Made by a program: the position numbers and the translations under genes. Below are positions 35,658-47,557 of a stretch of DNA of 64,000 bases, piece by piece. How positions within the stretch are numbered: position 1 is the stretch's first letter; each line of letters starts with the position of its first letter. The DNA is from Acidobacteriota bacterium (GTDB lineage: Bacteria; Acidobacteriota; UBA890; WLXD01). Where the stretch lies: NCBI GenBank assembly GCA_965205505.1, contig CBDBHB010000009.1:2592001-2656000 (forward strand), read 5' to 3'. The notes under the pieces are model-generated. The model was not told the DNA's origin, ran no database searches, and was given only the letters and a program-made list of their open reading frames with translations.

Positions 35658-36281
35658 ATGCCAACGTTGGACGTGCGGGATCGCAGCAACAAGGTTGTCG
35701 GCTCGATCGAGGTTGGCGCCAGCGTCTTCGAGCGACCGGTCAAGCGGTGCCTGTTGCACGAAGCCGTGGTGAATTACCAGGCGGCGCAGCGGCGTGGCAC
35801 GCATGCCACCAAGACGCGCGGCGAGGTTCGAGGGTCGAAGCGCAAGCCGTGGCGACAGAAGGGCAGCGGGCGTGCCCGCGCCGGTGATCGGCGCAGCCCG
35901 ATTTGGCGCAAGGGTGGTACGGCGTTCGGTCCGCAAGTACGCGACCACTCGACGATATTGCCGCGTCGCAAGATGCGCATCGCGCTGCAGATGGCGCTGT
36001 CGTCGAAGTGTGCCGACGGTCAGATCGTAGTCCTGGACGAGATGACGCTCGACGCCCCCAAGACGAAGTTGATGGCGACGTTGCTTGCCGGGTTGGAGCT
36101 CAGCGGCAAGACGCTGATTTACGATCCGGAGGGTAGCGAGGAGTTCGCACGCGCGGCTCGGAACCTGCCCAACGCAAAGGTTGTTGGCGGGTTCGGGCTC
36201 AGCGTCTATGACTTGCTGCTGCACGACACGCTGCTCACCACCAAGGCTGGGATCAGCCAGATCGACGAGGCCCTGCGATGA
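35658..36281 (+). CDS. rplD: 50S ribosomal protein L4
   Basis: GTHATKTRGEV, KPWRQKGSGRAR. Confidence 0.98.
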   Translation: MPTLDVRDRSNKVVGSIEVGASVFERPVKRCLLHEAVVNYQAAQRRGTHATKTRGEVRGSKRKPWRQKGSGRARAGDRRSPIWRKGGTAFGPQVRDHSTILPRRKMRIALQMALSSKCADGQIVVLDEMTLDAPKTKLMATLLAGLELSGKTLIYDPEGSEEFARAARNLPNAKVVGGFGLSVYDLLLHDTLLTTKAGISQIDEALR

Positions 36282-36568
36282 ACGTGCACGACGTCATTCG
36301 CCGGCCGGTGATCACGGAGAAGGCGACGGTCTTGAAGGACAGCCAGCACACTCTTTGCTTCGAGGTGGCGAGGCGCGCTACGTCCGTCGACGTCCAGCGT
36401 GCGGTGGAGAAGGTTTTCAAGGTCAAGGTAGAGCGCGTGCGGATCATGAACGTGCGCGGTAAGCCAAAGCGTCTCGGTCGCTATGCCGGCTACAAGCCGG
36501 CGTGGAAGAAGGCCTACGTGCGGTTGGCAGCCGATCAGAGCATGATCGAGTACTTCGAGGGAGTCTGA
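36278..36568 (+). CDS. rplW: 50S ribosomal protein L23
   Basis: PVITEKA, WKKAYV. Confidence 0.98.
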   Translation: MNVHDVIRRPVITEKATVLKDSQHTLCFEVARRATSVDVQRAVEKVFKVKVERVRIMNVRGKPKRLGRYAGYKPAWKKAYVRLAADQSMIEYFEGV

Positions 36569-36569
36569 G

Positions 36570-37409
36570 ATGGGTATGCGACAGCTGAAGCCTACGTCCC
36601 CGGGCACGCGCTTCCGCAAGGGCTCCGATTTTGCCGATATCACTCAGTCCAAGCCGCTCCGCGCGCTGACCAAAGGGAAGCGCGCTACGTCGGGCCGCAA
36701 CCACAAGGGTCGGATGACGATCCGCCATCGTGGTGGAGCGCACAAGCGCAGGTATCGCACTATCGACTTCAAGCGCGGCAAGACGGGCGTGCCGGCCAAG
36801 GTTGCGACGATCGAGTACGATCCGAATCGCACCGCGCGCATTGCCCTGCTGCACTATCTCGACGGTGAAAAATGCTACATTGTGGCGCAGGTGGGAGTGG
36901 GCGTTGGCGACATGCTGATGTCGGGACCCCAGGCCGATATCCGACCGGGAAACGCATTGCCGTTGCGTGCAATACCGCTCGGCACGATCATCTCCTGCAT
37001 CGAAATGAAGCCGGGCAAAGGCGCACAGATTGCGCGCAGCGCGGGCGCGCAGGCGACCTTGGCGGCGAAGGAGGGGCGGTATGCTCACATCCGGTTGCCG
37101 TCGGCCGAGGTTCGGCTGATCCATCTCGACTGCATGGCAGTCATCGGCCAGGTCGGCAACGTCGAGAACAACAACGAGTCTTACGGCAAGGCCGGTCGTC
37201 GCCGGTGGCTTGGTCGCCGGCCGCATACGCGAGGTGTTGCGATGAACCCGGTCGACCACCCGATGGGTGGTGGTGAGGGCAAGGCGTCGGGTGGTCGGCA
37301 TCCGTGCACGCCGTGGGGCAAGCCGACCAAAGGCGCCAAGACCCGCCACAACAAGCGCACCGATCGCTCCATTGTCAGGCGTCGAGATCAAGGCCGCAGG
37401 AGGAAGTAG
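36570..37409 (+). CDS. rplB: 50S ribosomal protein L2
   Basis: [24 protein letters not shown]. Confidence 0.99.
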   Translation: MGMRQLKPTSPGTRFRKGSDFADITQSKPLRALTKGKRATSGRNHKGRMTIRHRGGAHKRRYRTIDFKRGKTGVPAKVATIEYDPNRTARIALLHYLDGEKCYIVAQVGVGVGDMLMSGPQADIRPGNALPLRAIPLGTIISCIEMKPGKGAQIARSAGAQATLAAKEGRYAHIRLPSAEVRLIHLDCMAVIGQVGNVENNNESYGKAGRRRWLGRRPHTRGVAMNPVDHPMGGGEGKASGGRHPCTPWGKPTKGAKTRHNKRTDRSIVRRRDQGRRRK

Positions 37410-37411
37410 GG

Positions 37412-37699
37412 ATGGCACGGTCGCTCAAGAAAGGGCCTTACGTCGAGGCTTCGCTGCGGAGCAAGATCGACGTCATGAACAGCGCCGGTGACCGCAATGT
37501 GGTCAAGACGTGGTCGCGTCGTTCGACCATCGTGCCGGAGATGGTCGGACACACCTTGGCGGTGCACAACGGCAAACGGTTCATTCCAGTCTACATCACC
37601 GAGAACATGGTGGGCCACAAGCTCGGCGAGTTCGCCCCGACCCGGACTTTCCGCTCCCATGCTGGCGGGCGGTCGGATCGCAAAGCTGGGTTCAGATAA
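37412..37699 (+). CDS. rpsS: 30S ribosomal protein S19
   Basis: [25 protein letters not shown]. Confidence 0.99.
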   Translation: MARSLKKGPYVEASLRSKIDVMNSAGDRNVVKTWSRRSTIVPEMVGHTLAVHNGKRFIPVYITENMVGHKLGEFAPTRTFRSHAGGRSDRKAGFR

Positions 37700-37702
37700 G
37701 GC

Positions 37703-38056
37703 ATGAGTGAGAACGTGAGCAAAGCGCGTGGACGATACCTTCGCGGGTCGCCGCAGAAATTTCGGCTCGTGGTTGACTTGATCCGAGGTCGAGCCGTGCC
37801 CGAAGCTCTCGGCATCCTGGAGCTTTCCACCAAGCGAGCTTCGTTGGTGATCGAGAAGGTCTTGCGCTCAGCGGTCGCTAACGCCGAGAACCTCAAGCCG
37901 GATGTCGACGTAGACGAGCTCTACGTCGCGGCGATCATGGTCGATCCCGGCCCGACGCTACCGACACGCATCCGGCCTCAGCCCATGGGTCGGGCGTTCC
38001 CGATCATCAAGAGAACCAGCCACGTGACCGTGAAGTTGGCAGAGAGGGAGGCCTGA
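37703..38056 (+). CDS. rplV: 50S ribosomal protein L22
   Basis: [27 protein letters not shown]. Confidence 0.98.
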   Translation: MSENVSKARGRYLRGSPQKFRLVVDLIRGRAVPEALGILELSTKRASLVIEKVLRSAVANAENLKPDVDVDELYVAAIMVDPGPTLPTRIRPQPMGRAFPIIKRTSHVTVKLAEREA

Positions 38057-38057
38057 A

Positions 38058-38717
38058 TTGGGTCAGAAAGTTCATCCATACGGCTTCCGCCTCGGATACA
38101 CGAAGGAGTGGCGCTCGCGCTGGTTCTCTATCAAGGATTACGCCGAACTGCTGCACGAGGACATCGCCCTACGCGACATGATCAAGACGCGCCTGCATCA
38201 CGCGGGGATCTCCAAGGTGGACATCGAGCGCGCCGCGAACAAGCTCAAGATCGATGTGCATACGGCGCGCCCGGGTATCGTAATCGGTCGCAAGGGCGCC
38301 GAGGTGGACCGCCTGAAGCGGAGCGTGGAAGAGCTGACTGGCCGCGAGGTGTTCATTAACATCCAGGAGGTTCATCGCCCCGAGCTCGATGCTCAGCTGG
38401 TTGCGGAGAGCGTTGCGATGCAATTGGAGCGTCGCGTCGCGTTCCGCCGCGCGATGCGCAAGGCGGTCGAGAACGCCCAGCGCTTCGGCGCCGAGGGTAT
38501 CAGGGTGCGCTGCGGCGGACGCCTTGGTGGTCTCGAGATCTCGCGCGCCGAGTGGTACCTACACGGCAAGCTGCCGTTACACACGCTGCGCGCCGATATC
38601 GACTATGGCTTTGCCGAGGCGCGCACGACCTATGGGCGCATCGGCGTGAAAGTGTGGATTTATCAGGGCGAGATACTCAGCCCCGACATGGCTCGCCGTA
38701 CCAGGGCGTCGTCGTAA
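38058..38717 (+). CDS. rpsC: 30S ribosomal protein S3
   Basis: [31 protein letters not shown]. Confidence 0.99.
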   Translation: MGQKVHPYGFRLGYTKEWRSRWFSIKDYAELLHEDIALRDMIKTRLHHAGISKVDIERAANKLKIDVHTARPGIVIGRKGAEVDRLKRSVEELTGREVFINIQEVHRPELDAQLVAESVAMQLERRVAFRRAMRKAVENAQRFGAEGIRVRCGGRLGGLEISRAEWYLHGKLPLHTLRADIDYGFAEARTTYGRIGVKVWIYQGEILSPDMARRTRASS

Positions 38718-38729
38718 GGAGCGTCTCAG

Positions 38730-39155
38730 ATGCTGATGCCCAAGAAAATCAAGTACCGCAAGCAGCACCGTGGACGTCGTCGGGGCAAGGCCCTGCGCGG
38801 TGCCACGGTCTCCTTCGGCGAGTACGGCTTGCAAGCGTTGGAGCCGGCTTGGATTACCGCTCGTCAGATCGAGGCGGCACGCGTTGCCATGACTAGGCAC
38901 GTCAAGCGCGGCGGCAAGATCTGGATCCGGATGTTTCCCGACAAGCCAGTGACCAAGAAGCCGGCGGAAGTTCGGATGGGTAAGGGCAAGGGCAACCCTG
39001 AGTTCTGGGTCGCGGTCGTGCGGCCGGGGCGCATCATGTACGAGATCGAAGGTGTGAGTGAAGCCATTGCACGGGCGGCAATGCGACGGGCTGCGGCCAA
39101 GCTGCCCATTCGCACGCGAGTAGTGAAACGCTTTGTGGAGGAGCTGCGATGGTAG
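38730..39155 (+). CDS. rplP: 50S ribosomal protein L16
   Basis: RQIEAAR, RMGKGKG. Confidence 0.99.
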   Translation: MLMPKKIKYRKQHRGRRRGKALRGATVSFGEYGLQALEPAWITARQIEAARVAMTRHVKRGGKIWIRMFPDKPVTKKPAEVRMGKGKGNPEFWVAVVRPGRIMYEIEGVSEAIARAAMRRAAAKLPIRTRVVKRFVEELRW

Positions 39156-39376
39156 CCGATGAGCTCCGCGACATGACCAACAGCGAGATCAACGACCGGA
39201 TTCGAGACCGGCGTGAGCAGCTATTAAAGCTCCGGTTCCAAAAGACCACCGGCCAAGTTGAAAGCGCCGCCAAGTTGTCCAGTGTTCGTCGAGAGGTCGC
39301 ACGCGCGCTGACGATTCTGCGGGAGCGGGAGCTGGCGCCTGTGGTTACTGGCGAGACGGCTCCGGCCGCTACGTGA
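39149..39376 (+). CDS. rpmC: 50S ribosomal protein L29
   Basis: ELRDM, LRFQ..TGQ, VRREVAR..T. Confidence 0.95.
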   Translation: MVADELRDMTNSEINDRIRDRREQLLKLRFQKTTGQVESAAKLSSVRREVARALTILRERELAPVVTGETAPAAT

Positions 39377-39395
39377 GGTCTTGGAGGACTTTGCA

Positions 39396-39701
39396 ATGAA
39401 CACAGCGAGCAGCGAAGAAACTCGCCCGCGCGGTAACAAGCGCGAAGAAGTCGGCGTCGTTACCAGCGACAAGATGGACAAGACCGTGGTGGTTACCGTC
39501 GAGCGCGTCTGGTCGCATCCGATGTATCGCAAGGTCGTGCGCACGCGCAGCAAGTTCATGGCGCACGATGGAGACAACAGCTGCCAGATAGGCGATCGTG
39601 TTCGAGTAACCGAATGCCGGCCGATGTCGGCGCGCAAGCGCTGGCGTGTGGCCGAGATTATCCAGCGTGCTCCCGGCGGCGTCGGCGGCACGGGCGAGTG
39701 A
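39396..39701 (+). CDS. rpsQ: 30S ribosomal protein S17
   Basis: [25 protein letters not shown]. Confidence 0.98.
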   Translation: MNTASSEETRPRGNKREEVGVVTSDKMDKTVVVTVERVWSHPMYRKVVRTRSKFMAHDGDNSCQIGDRVRVTECRPMSARKRWRVAEIIQRAPGGVGGTGE

Positions 39702-39717
39702 CGGCGAGGCAAGCAGC

Positions 39718-40089
39718 ATGATTCAAATGGAGACTGTGCTCGACGTTGCTGACAACTCCGGCGCACGCAAGATCGCTTGCATCCGGCGTCTGGGCGGATC
39801 GAGCGTCGGGCAGATTGCTGGCTTGGGCGACGTCATCTCGGCGGCGGTAAAGGAGGCGGTGCCTCACGGTACGATCAAGAAGGGCGAGGTCGTGCGTGCC
39901 GTGATCGTGCGCACACGCAAGGAGACCGGTCGCAAGGACGGCTCGTACATCCGCTTCGACAACAACGCTGCGGTACTCATCGACGCGCAGAACGAGCCGA
40001 TCGGAACCCGCGTGTTCGGTCCGGTCGGGCGCGAGCTTCGCGAGCGTCGGTTCATGAAGATCGTTTCGCTTGCCCCCGAGGTGCTGTGA
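39718..40089 (+). CDS. rplN: 50S ribosomal protein L14
   Basis: VADNSGA, IRFDNNA, SLAPEVL. Confidence 0.99.
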   Translation: MIQMETVLDVADNSGARKIACIRRLGGSSVGQIAGLGDVISAAVKEAVPHGTIKKGEVVRAVIVRTRKETGRKDGSYIRFDNNAAVLIDAQNEPIGTRVFGPVGRELRERRFMKIVSLAPEVL

Positions 40090-40415
40090 TGTCCGGACCA
40101 CGGGTGAAGCGCCAAGATACGGTCTACGTGAACGCGGGGCGCGACAAGGGCAAGACGGGCCGGGTGCTCGCGGTGCACCCCGAGAAGCAGCGGGTGCTCG
40201 TTGAGGGGATTAACATGGTGACCCGTGCGGTTCGGCCGAACCCGCAGAAGAACATCAAGGGTGGTCTCGTCCGTAGCGAGCAGACTCTCCACATTTCCAA
40301 CGTCGCCGTGATTGACCCAGAGACCAACTTGCCGACGCGGGTTGGCTATCAGTTCCTCGAGGACGGCTCGAAAGTACGGGTCAGTCGTCAAGGCGCCATC
40401 ATCGACAAGAGTTGA
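40089..40415 (+). CDS. rplX: 50S ribosomal protein L24
   Basis: [20 protein letters not shown]. Confidence 0.97.
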   Translation: MSGPRVKRQDTVYVNAGRDKGKTGRVLAVHPEKQRVLVEGINMVTRAVRPNPQKNIKGGLVRSEQTLHISNVAVIDPETNLPTRVGYQFLEDGSKVRVSRQGAIIDKS

Positions 40416-40428
40416 CGAGGACGAGACG

Positions 40429-40986
40429 ATGATCGCGCGCATGAAGAAGCTCTACGATGAAGAGATCCTTTCCAAGCTCGTCGAGAACGGCGCCTATCAG
40501 AACTCGATGGCGGCACCGCGACTTGTCAAGATCAGCGTCAACATGGGCGTTGGCGGCGCTTCACAAGACATCAAGGAGCTCGATAGGGCGGTAGACGAGC
40601 TAGGCTTGATCACCGGCCAGAAGCCGGTTGTACGCCGTGCTCGCAAGTCCATTGCCGCATTCAAGTTGCGCGAGGGGATGCCGGTAGGTTGCTCGGTGAC
40701 TTTGCGCGGCAAGAAAATGTGGGAGTTCCTGGATCGGCTGATTACCATCACGTTGCCTCGTGTGAGGGATTTCCGCGGTGTTCCGCGGCGATCGTTCGAC
40801 GGTCGCGGGAACTACACTCTAGGGCTCACCGACCAGCTCATCTTTCCCGAGGTCGACTACACCAAGGTGGACAAAGTTCGGGGCATGAACGTGACGATTT
40901 GTACATCCGCGGCCACGGACGAAGGCGCCCGCACCTTGCTCGAGGCGCTGGGCATGCCGTTCCGCCGCGACGAATTAGGACGCTAA
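40429..40986 (+). CDS. rplE: 50S ribosomal protein L5
   Basis: [22 protein letters not shown]. Confidence 0.99.
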   Translation: MIARMKKLYDEEILSKLVENGAYQNSMAAPRLVKISVNMGVGGASQDIKELDRAVDELGLITGQKPVVRRARKSIAAFKLREGMPVGCSVTLRGKKMWEFLDRLITITLPRVRDFRGVPRRSFDGRGNYTLGLTDQLIFPEVDYTKVDKVRGMNVTICTSAATDEGARTLLEALGMPFRRDELGR

Positions 40987-40991
40987 CAAAC

Positions 40992-41177
40992 GTGGCCACA
41001 GCAGCTTGGATCGCCAAGTCGAAGCGCAAGCCCAAGTTCTCGACTCGCAGGAACAGTCGTTGCCGTCTCTGCGGACGCTCGCGAGCGTACATGCGGAAGT
41101 TCCAGCTTTGCCGCATCTGCTTTCGACAGCGGGCGCTGAACGGGGAGCTTCCAGGCGTCAAGAAGGCGAGCTGGTAG
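40992..41177 (+). CDS. rpsN: 30S ribosomal protein S14 (short Zn-binding type)
   Basis: CRLCGR...LCRICFR...[11 protein letters not shown]. Confidence 0.96.
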   Translation: MATAAWIAKSKRKPKFSTRRNSRCRLCGRSRAYMRKFQLCRICFRQRALNGELPGVKKASW

Positions 41178-41193
41178 GCCGGAGACCCGAACC

Positions 41194-41589
41194 ATGATGA
41201 CAGACCCAGTCGCGGACATGCTCACCAGGATTCGCAACGCCATCCGTGCGCGGCACGAACACGTACGAATTCCGGCGTCAAACACCAAGCGCGAGATTGC
41301 CCGAATCCTGCGCGAAGAAGGGTACGTCAAATCGGTCGAGCCCATCGAGGATGGTCCCCAGGGCGGGATCGACATCGAGCTCAAGTACGTCGACGGCGAA
41401 GAGGCGGCGATTACCGGCATACAGCGCGTTAGCAAGCCGGGCTGTCGCATCTATTGCGGCAAAGGCGACCTGCCGCGCATTTTGAACGGGTTGGGAGTTG
41501 CCATCATTTCGACCTCGCGCGGTGTTCTCACCGACCGTCAGTGCCGTGAACACGGCGTTGGCGGCGAAGTGCTCTGCGAGGTGTGGTAG
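41194..41589 (+). CDS. rpsH: 30S ribosomal protein S8
   Basis: [24 protein letters not shown]. Confidence 0.99.
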   Translation: MMTDPVADMLTRIRNAIRARHEHVRIPASNTKREIARILREEGYVKSVEPIEDGPQGGIDIELKYVDGEEAAITGIQRVSKPGCRIYCGKGDLPRILNGLGVAIISTSRGVLTDRQCREHGVGGEVLCEVW

Positions 41590-41591
41590 CC

Positions 41592-42140
41592 ATGTCACGC
41601 GTTGGATACATGCCGATTCCGGTGCCGGAAGGCGTCAAGGTCGACATAGGGAGCGACCGGCTCGTGGTGACCGGATCAAAAGGTGAGCTGACTTCGCCGG
41701 TGCCCGCCGGGATCAGCTTCGAGATCGAGGGTGCCGCGTTGGTCGCGAAACGTGCCGACGATGCCAAGCAGACGCGGGCCTTTCACGGCTTGGCGCGCGC
41801 GCTGGCGTCTAATGCCGTGGTCGGCGTGAGCGAGGGCTTCAAGCGAGAGCTGGAGATTCAAGGCATCGGTTACCGGGCGTCGATGCAGGGAAGCACCTTG
41901 AGCATGCAGCTCGGGTTCTCCCACACGGTGGAGTTTCCGGTGCCGAAGGACATCCAGATTTCCACGCCGGAGCAGACGAAGATCGTCGTCGAGGGCATCG
42001 ACAAGCAACGGGTCGGCGAGATTGCCGCGCAAATCCGCCGCCACCGTCCGCCCGACGCCTACAAGGGCAAGGGCATTCGCTACCGCGATGAGTTGGTTCG
42101 CACGAAGGTCGGCAAGGCCGGCGTGACGGCTGCTTTGTAG
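41592..42140 (+). CDS. rplF: 50S ribosomal protein L6
   Basis: [21 protein letters not shown]. Confidence 0.98.
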   Translation: MSRVGYMPIPVPEGVKVDIGSDRLVVTGSKGELTSPVPAGISFEIEGAALVAKRADDAKQTRAFHGLARALASNAVVGVSEGFKRELEIQGIGYRASMQGSTLSMQLGFSHTVEFPVPKDIQISTPEQTKIVVEGIDKQRVGEIAAQIRRHRPPDAYKGKGIRYRDELVRTKVGKAGVTAAL

Positions 42141-42152
42141 AGGTTTCGACCC

Positions 42153-42530
42153 ATGCAGGTTAATCGCAGGAAGAAAAAGGAAGTCCGGCGAGCGGCGGTG
42201 CGGCTCCGTGTGCGACGCAAGGTGCGCGGCAGTGAACAGCGCCCACGGCTGGCCGTGTTCCGATCGAATCGGCACCTGCATCTACAGATCATTAACGACA
42301 ATGCCGGGCACACATTGGCGTCGGTATCGACGCTCGAGAAGGTGTTTCGTGAGCGCGGCTTCGATGCCGGGGCGAATCGCGAGGCCGCCGCTGCAGCAGG
42401 CACGTTGCTTGCGGAGCGCGCTCTCGGCGCTGGTATCAAGCAGATCGTCTTTGACCGTGGCGGCTACGACTATCACGGGCGCGTACGAGCGCTTGCCGAC
42501 GCCGCGCGTGAGGGCGGCCTGGAATTCTGA
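42153..42530 (+). CDS. rplR: 50S ribosomal protein L18
   Basis: [20 protein letters not shown]. Confidence 0.98.
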   Translation: MQVNRRKKKEVRRAAVRLRVRRKVRGSEQRPRLAVFRSNRHLHLQIINDNAGHTLASVSTLEKVFRERGFDAGANREAAAAAGTLLAERALGAGIKQIVFDRGGYDYHGRVRALADAAREGGLEF

Positions 42531-42543
42531 GGAGAGGCCGCGA

Positions 42544-43071
42544 ATGAAGAAGAGAGTCAACTACATAGACCAGTCTCAAATCGAGCATCAACTGCAGGAC
42601 ACCGTGGTGGCGATCAATCGCGTCACCAAGGTGGTCAAGGGCGGTAAGAACCTCGGGTTCAACGCCTTAGTCGTGGTTGGTGATCGCCATGGTCATGTTG
42701 GGTATGGACTCGGCAAGGCCCGCGAGGTGCAGTTGGCGATCCGCAAGGGCGTGCAAGAAGCGCAGAAGGCGCTCGTGAAGGTGCCGCTAAGTGGTACGAC
42801 AGTGCCGCATGGTATCGAGGGCCGGTATGGCGCCGGGCACGTACTGCTCAAGCCTGCCGGGCCCGGGACAGGAGTGATCGCTGGCGGTGCGGTGCGCGCG
42901 GCGCTCGAGTTAGCCGGTGTGGGTGACATCCTCACCAAGTGCATCGGGTCGCGTAACCCGCACAACATGCTCAAGGCCACCTTCGACGCGTTCGCCAAGC
43001 TCAAGGACCCGGCAGAGGTAGCACGCATCCGTGGTGTGCCGCTCGAGCACTTGCAGCCTTCGACAAAGTAG
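42544..43071 (+). CDS. rpsE: 30S ribosomal protein S5
   Basis: [17 protein letters not shown]. Confidence 0.98.
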   Translation: MKKRVNYIDQSQIEHQLQDTVVAINRVTKVVKGGKNLGFNALVVVGDRHGHVGYGLGKAREVQLAIRKGVQEAQKALVKVPLSGTTVPHGIEGRYGAGHVLLKPAGPGTGVIAGGAVRAALELAGVGDILTKCIGSRNPHNMLKATFDAFAKLKDPAEVARIRGVPLEHLQPSTK

Positions 43072-43088
43072 AGACGAGGATCCGGAGT

Positions 43089-43277
43089 ATGGCGAAGAAG
43101 CTGATCATCGAGCAGACGCGTAGCAAGATCGGACGGCCGAAGCCGCAGCACGAGGCACTCAAGGGACTTGGCCTGCGGCGCATTGGCCATCGTGTTGAGC
43201 GCGACGACTCACCGCGCGTACGTGGGCAGATCAACGTGATCTCGCATTTGGTGAAGGTGGAGGAAGCCGGGTCGTAG
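43089..43277 (+). CDS. rpmD: 50S ribosomal protein L30
   Basis: [19 protein letters not shown]. Confidence 0.96.
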   Translation: MAKKLIIEQTRSKIGRPKPQHEALKGLGLRRIGHRVERDDSPRVRGQINVISHLVKVEEAGS

Positions 43278-43312
43278 GCCACCAGGCTTGGCGATCCGAC
43301 AGGAGGTTGGGC

Positions 43313-43756
43313 GTGAAGATCCACGAGGTAGGGCCGAAGCAGGGTAGTCGACGGGCGCGCAAGCGAATCGGTCGTGGCCGCTCCTCGGGCCACGGCAAGA
43401 CCAGCTGCCGCGGTGAGAACGGTGCCAAATCGCGCTCGGGCTATAGCCGCAAAGTCGGCTTCGAGGGCGGGCAGATGCCGCTCGTTCGCCGTATTCCCAA
43501 GCGCGGATTCAAGAACCCTTTTCGTACGCGTTGGGCGGAGGTGAACCTCGACCAGTTGACACGCTTCGACGCCGGTAGCACGGTCGACCCCGAGTTGCTC
43601 GCCTCGATCGGCCTGATCAAGGGCCGCTACGAGAAAGTCGTGGTGATGGGGCGCGGTGAGCTTGGCGTGGCGCTCAACATCAAGGTGCACCGCTTCACGA
43701 GCTCGGCAGCCACCAAGATCACCGAGGCCGGCGGCACCGCGGAGGTGCTCGGATGA
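43313..43756 (+). CDS. rplO: 50S ribosomal protein L15
   Basis: GFEGGQMPL.RR.PKRGF. Confidence 0.98.
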   Translation: MKIHEVGPKQGSRRARKRIGRGRSSGHGKTSCRGENGAKSRSGYSRKVGFEGGQMPLVRRIPKRGFKNPFRTRWAEVNLDQLTRFDAGSTVDPELLASIGLIKGRYEKVVVMGRGELGVALNIKVHRFTSSAATKITEAGGTAEVLG

Positions 43757-45138
43757 TCGAGAGCTTCCGGAACATCCTGGCGATTCCGGAGCTCCGGCAG
43801 CGGGTTTTCTATACGTTCGGCCTGCTTGCCGTTTTCCGGGTTGGCGCCAACATCCCGACGCCTGGAGTCAACTCGGCTGCCGTTTTGGAGTTTTTCCAGT
43901 CTCTGCAGGGGAGCTTTTTCGGCTTCGTCGATCTGTTCTCGGGCGGTGCCTTGAGCAACATGACGATCTTTGCGCTCGGGATCATGCCGTACATCTCGTC
44001 GTCGATCATCCTGCAGCTGTTGACGGTCGTATGGCCCTACCTGGAGCGATTGCAGAAAGAGGGCGACCTCGGACGCAAGAAGATCACCCAGTACACACGC
44101 TACGGCACGATTCTCCTTTCGATTGTCCAATCGATGTCGATCGCCTTCGTGCTCGAGAGCACCACGAGCCCGTCGGGTGCGGCCTTCGTTGACACGCCAG
44201 GGTTGAGCTTCCGTATGATGACGGTGCTTACGCTCACCACCGGGACCGCGTTTCTGATGTGGCTTGGCGAGCAGATCACCGAGCGCGGCATCGGCAACGG
44301 CATCTCACTGATAATCTTCGCGGGAATCGCCGTCAGCCTCCCGACCGCGCTGATCACCACCTACCAGCAGCTCGAGGCCGGATCGCTCAACCTGCTGACG
44401 TTGGCGCTGCTCGGCGCGCTGATGGTCGCGGTTACCGCGTTCGTGGTGTTGATGGAGAGCGGCCAGCGCCGCATACCGGTGCAATACGCCAAGCGTGTGG
44501 TAGGCAGAAAGCTCTACGGTGGGCAGAGTACACACCTGCCGATTCGCGTGAACACGGCTGGCGTTATCCCGGTGATCTTCGCCTCTTCGATCATCATGTT
44601 CCCGCAGACGATCACGTCGTTCATCACCCATCCGTGGGCACAGGCGGTGAGCGATGCTTTGGCGTGGGGAATGCCGCTCTACAACCTGATCTACGTGAGC
44701 GGGATCATCTTCTTCTGCTACTTCTACACGGCGATTATCTTCAATCCGGAGGACGTCGCCGACAACATGCGAAAGTATGGCGGCTTCGTTCCCGGTATCC
44801 GGCCTGGCAAGCGAACGGCTCAGTACATCGACGATATTCTGACGCGGCTGACGTTGATCGGTGCCGTCTACCTGGCCGCGGTTGCGATGTTGCCTCAGTT
44901 CCTGATCTCGGGGTTCAAGGTAGCTCCGATCCCGTTGATCGGCCCGTATCTTGACTCGATGATGCCGTTGTGGGTTACGGAGGGGCTCGGGGTTACGTTC
45001 TTCTTCGGTGGAACCTCGTTGTTGATTCTCGTCGGCGTGTCGATGGACACCGTGCGCCAGGTAGAAAGCCAGCTCGTCATGCGGCACTACGAGGGCTTCA
45101 TCAAAGGCGGACGGATCAAGGCACGGCGGTTCATCTAA
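43753..45138 (+). CDS. secY: Preprotein translocase SecY
   Basis: LGIMPYI, GIGNGISL, PGIRPG, GGTSLLI. Confidence 0.99.
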   Translation: MIESFRNILAIPELRQRVFYTFGLLAVFRVGANIPTPGVNSAAVLEFFQSLQGSFFGFVDLFSGGALSNMTIFALGIMPYISSSIILQLLTVVWPYLERLQKEGDLGRKKITQYTRYGTILLSIVQSMSIAFVLESTTSPSGAAFVDTPGLSFRMMTVLTLTTGTAFLMWLGEQITERGIGNGISLIIFAGIAVSLPTALITTYQQLEAGSLNLLTLALLGALMVAVTAFVVLMESGQRRIPVQYAKRVVGRKLYGGQSTHLPIRVNTAGVIPVIFASSIIMFPQTITSFITHPWAQAVSDALAWGMPLYNLIYVSGIIFFCYFYTAIIFNPEDVADNMRKYGGFVPGIRPGKRTAQYIDDILTRLTLIGAVYLAAVAMLPQFLISGFKVAPIPLIGPYLDSMMPLWVTEGLGVTFFFGGTSLLILVGVSMDTVRQVESQLVMRHYEGFIKGGRIKARRFI

Positions 45139-45797
45139 TGCTGGTGGTCTTTCTCGGACCGCCGGGTGCCGGTAAGGGCACGCAGGCGGCGCGCCTGGCG
45201 GCCAAGTACGGCATCCCACAGATATCCACCGGGGACATGCTCCGCGAGGCTGTGGCCGCAGGGGATGAGCTTGGGGGCAAGATGAAGGCGATCATGGACT
45301 CCGGCGGGCTCGTCGACGACGACACCATGTGCGAAGTCGTGCAGGAGCGATTAAAGAAGCCGGATACCGCCGCCGGTGCCATCCTGGACGGATTCCCGCG
45401 TACTACGGTTCAGGCGGCCGCCCTGGACGAGCTGCTGGGCCAAACATCCCACGAGAGCGTTGACTTGGTGCTCTACCTTGACGTGCCCGAAGACGTTCTC
45501 GTTGAGCGGCTGTCGCGCCGCCGTGCATGCCCGGAGTGCGGTGCCAACTATCACATGACGTTCAACCCGCCGGCACAGGATTCGCGTTGCGATCGTTGTC
45601 GCACCGAGCTCGTCCAACGCGATGACGATCGCGAGCAGGTCGTACGCGAGCGGCTGGCTGTCTACCGCGAGAAGACGCAACCGCTAGTGGATCGCTACCG
45701 GGCGAAGGGGCAACTTGTTCGAATCGACGGCGATGCCGGAATTGATGAGGTGTTCGAGCGCAGCGACGCGGCGCTCAGTGAGCTGGTGAGCGCGTGA
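45138..45797 (+). CDS. adk: Adenylate kinase (Zn-lid type)
   Basis: GPPGAGKGTQ, LDGFPRT, CxxC...CxxC lid. Confidence 0.98.
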   Translation: MLVVFLGPPGAGKGTQAARLAAKYGIPQISTGDMLREAVAAGDELGGKMKAIMDSGGLVDDDTMCEVVQERLKKPDTAAGAILDGFPRTTVQAAALDELLGQTSHESVDLVLYLDVPEDVLVERLSRRRACPECGANYHMTFNPPAQDSRCDRCRTELVQRDDDREQVVRERLAVYREKTQPLVDRYRAKGQLVRIDGDAGIDEVFERSDAALSELVSA

Positions 45798-46576
45798 TTG
45801 AGTACAAGTCTTCGGCCGAGCTCGAGCGCATGCACGCCGCGAACCAGATCGTCGCTACGGTTCGCGACGAGCTGGCATCGCGCGTGGCTCCCGGGGTGAC
45901 CACGGCTCAGCTGGACGATTACGCCGAGGCTCGCGTGCGCGAGCTCGGTGGCGAGCCTGCGTTCAAGGGCTACCGGGGTTTCCCGGCCACCGTGTGCGCG
46001 TCGCTCAACGAGGAGATCGTCCACGGTATTCCGTCGCCGAAACGACGGCTCGCGCCTGGGGACATCCTCGGTCTCGATCTTGGTGTTTGTCTCGACGGCT
46101 TCTACGGCGATTCGGCGATCACGGTGCCCGTGCCGCCTCTCGAGCCCGAGGTGCACCGTCTGCTCCTGGTGACCGCCGAGGCGTTGGACTGCGCCATCGA
46201 TCAGTGTGTGGTTGGCAACCGAGTGGGCGATATCTCGCACGCCGTGCAACAGCACGTCGAATCGGCCGGTTTCTCGGTGGTGCGGGAGTTCGTCGGGCAC
46301 GGGATCGGAACGTCGCTGCACGAGGATCCGCAGATCCCCAACTTCGGACCACCCGGCGTTGGCGTTCGGCTGCGGCCGGGGATGGTCTTGGCGATCGAGC
46401 CCATGGTCAATCTCGGTGCTGCCGCGATGGAGGTTCTCGACGATGGCTGGACAGCAGTAACCGTGGATCGTCGGCCTTCGGCACACTTTGAACACAGCGT
46501 GGCAATCACTGACGAGGGCCCTTGGGTTCTCAGCGCATCGGGTGCCCGGAAAGTGGCCCGAGTCGCGAGCTGCTGA
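45794..46576 (+). CDS. map: Methionine aminopeptidase type I
   Basis: HGIP, GHGIG..LHEDP, AIEPM, SAHFEH. Confidence 0.98.
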   Translation: MIEYKSSAELERMHAANQIVATVRDELASRVAPGVTTAQLDDYAEARVRELGGEPAFKGYRGFPATVCASLNEEIVHGIPSPKRRLAPGDILGLDLGVCLDGFYGDSAITVPVPPLEPEVHRLLLVTAEALDCAIDQCVVGNRVGDISHAVQQHVESAGFSVVREFVGHGIGTSLHEDPQIPNFGPPGVGVRLRPGMVLAIEPMVNLGAAAMEVLDDGWTAVTVDRRPSAHFEHSVAITDEGPWVLSASGARKVARVASC

Positions 46577-46583
46577 GTAAAGT

Positions 46584-46805
46584 ATGACGCAGAAAGAACA
46601 AGCCGTGCAGGTTCGTGCCAAGGTCGTCGAGACGTTGCCGAACGCCATGTTCAGGATCGAGCTCGAGAACGGGCACAAGGTGCTGGCGCATATCTCCGGA
46701 AAGATGCGGAAGTACTTCATCCGCATCCTCCCGGGTGACGAAGTGCTGGTTGAGCTGTCGCCCTACGACCTGTCGCGTGGACGAATTGTGTACCGCTACA
46801 AATAG
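46584..46805 (+). CDS. infA: Translation initiation factor IF-1
   Basis: [19 protein letters not shown]. Confidence 0.99.
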   Translation: MTQKEQAVQVRAKVVETLPNAMFRIELENGHKVLAHISGKMRKYFIRILPGDEVLVELSPYDLSRGRIVYRYK

Positions 46806-46906
46806 GGAGTATCGACCCGCGCTCAGGCGCGTGGGGGTGGATGCCGGCAAGTCGCAATCCTGCTACAATCGGCTCTCCGCTGAGATAAAGTTGGTGGGAG
46901 TTTGCC

Positions 46907-47020
46907 GTGAAGGTGAGAGCGTCGGTTCGTCGCATGTGTGACAAGTGCAAGGTTGTGCGCCGCAGGGGCACGGTCTACGTCATCTGCGAGAACCCGAAGC
47001 ACAAGCAGCGGCAGGGTTAG
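46907..47020 (+). CDS. rpmJ: 50S ribosomal protein L36 (not in the ORF track)
   Basis: GTG start; [37 protein letters not shown]. Confidence 0.97.
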   Translation: MKVRASVRRMCDKCKVVRRRGTVYVICENPKHKQRQG

Positions 47021-47110
47021 CGCCAACGGCCGAAACAGAGCAGCCGGAGTCGGTGTCGAAGTTGGCACTCGCTCTCGAGCTCGGCGGACGTTAGTAAGAG
47101 GAGTTTTCCG

Positions 47111-47491
47111 ATGGCCCGTATTGCGGGTGTGGATTTGCGTCTGGACAAGCGCGTTGAGATCGCGTTGACCGGTATCTTTGGTATCGGTCGGGCGCGTGCG
47201 CAGGCGATTCTTGCGACCGCGAAGATCGAGGTCGAGCGCCGCGTGAAGGATCTGACCGAGCAAGAGGTCAGCCGCATTCGGCAAGTGATCGATCGCCAGG
47301 GACGAGTCGAGGGCGATCTGCGTAAAGAGCTCCAGATGAACATCAAGCGGTTGATCGAGATTGGCTCGTACCGAGGCATGCGGCACAGGCGCAACCTGCC
47401 GGTTCGCGGGCAGCGCACAAAGACGAACGCGCGAACCCGGAAGGGGCCACGCGGGATGGCCATCAAGAAGAGACAGAAGGCCAAACTCTAG
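47111..47491 (+). CDS. rpsM: 30S ribosomal protein S13
   Basis: [24 protein letters not shown]. Confidence 0.99.
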   Translation: MARIAGVDLRLDKRVEIALTGIFGIGRARAQAILATAKIEVERRVKDLTEQEVSRIRQVIDRQGRVEGDLRKELQMNIKRLIEIGSYRGMRHRRNLPVRGQRTKTNARTRKGPRGMAIKKRQKAKL

Positions 47492-47557
47492 CCCCTGGTC
47501 GAGTACCGAACGAGCCGGCGAAGCAGCCACTCCAGGGAGTAAACACAGGTTTAAGCT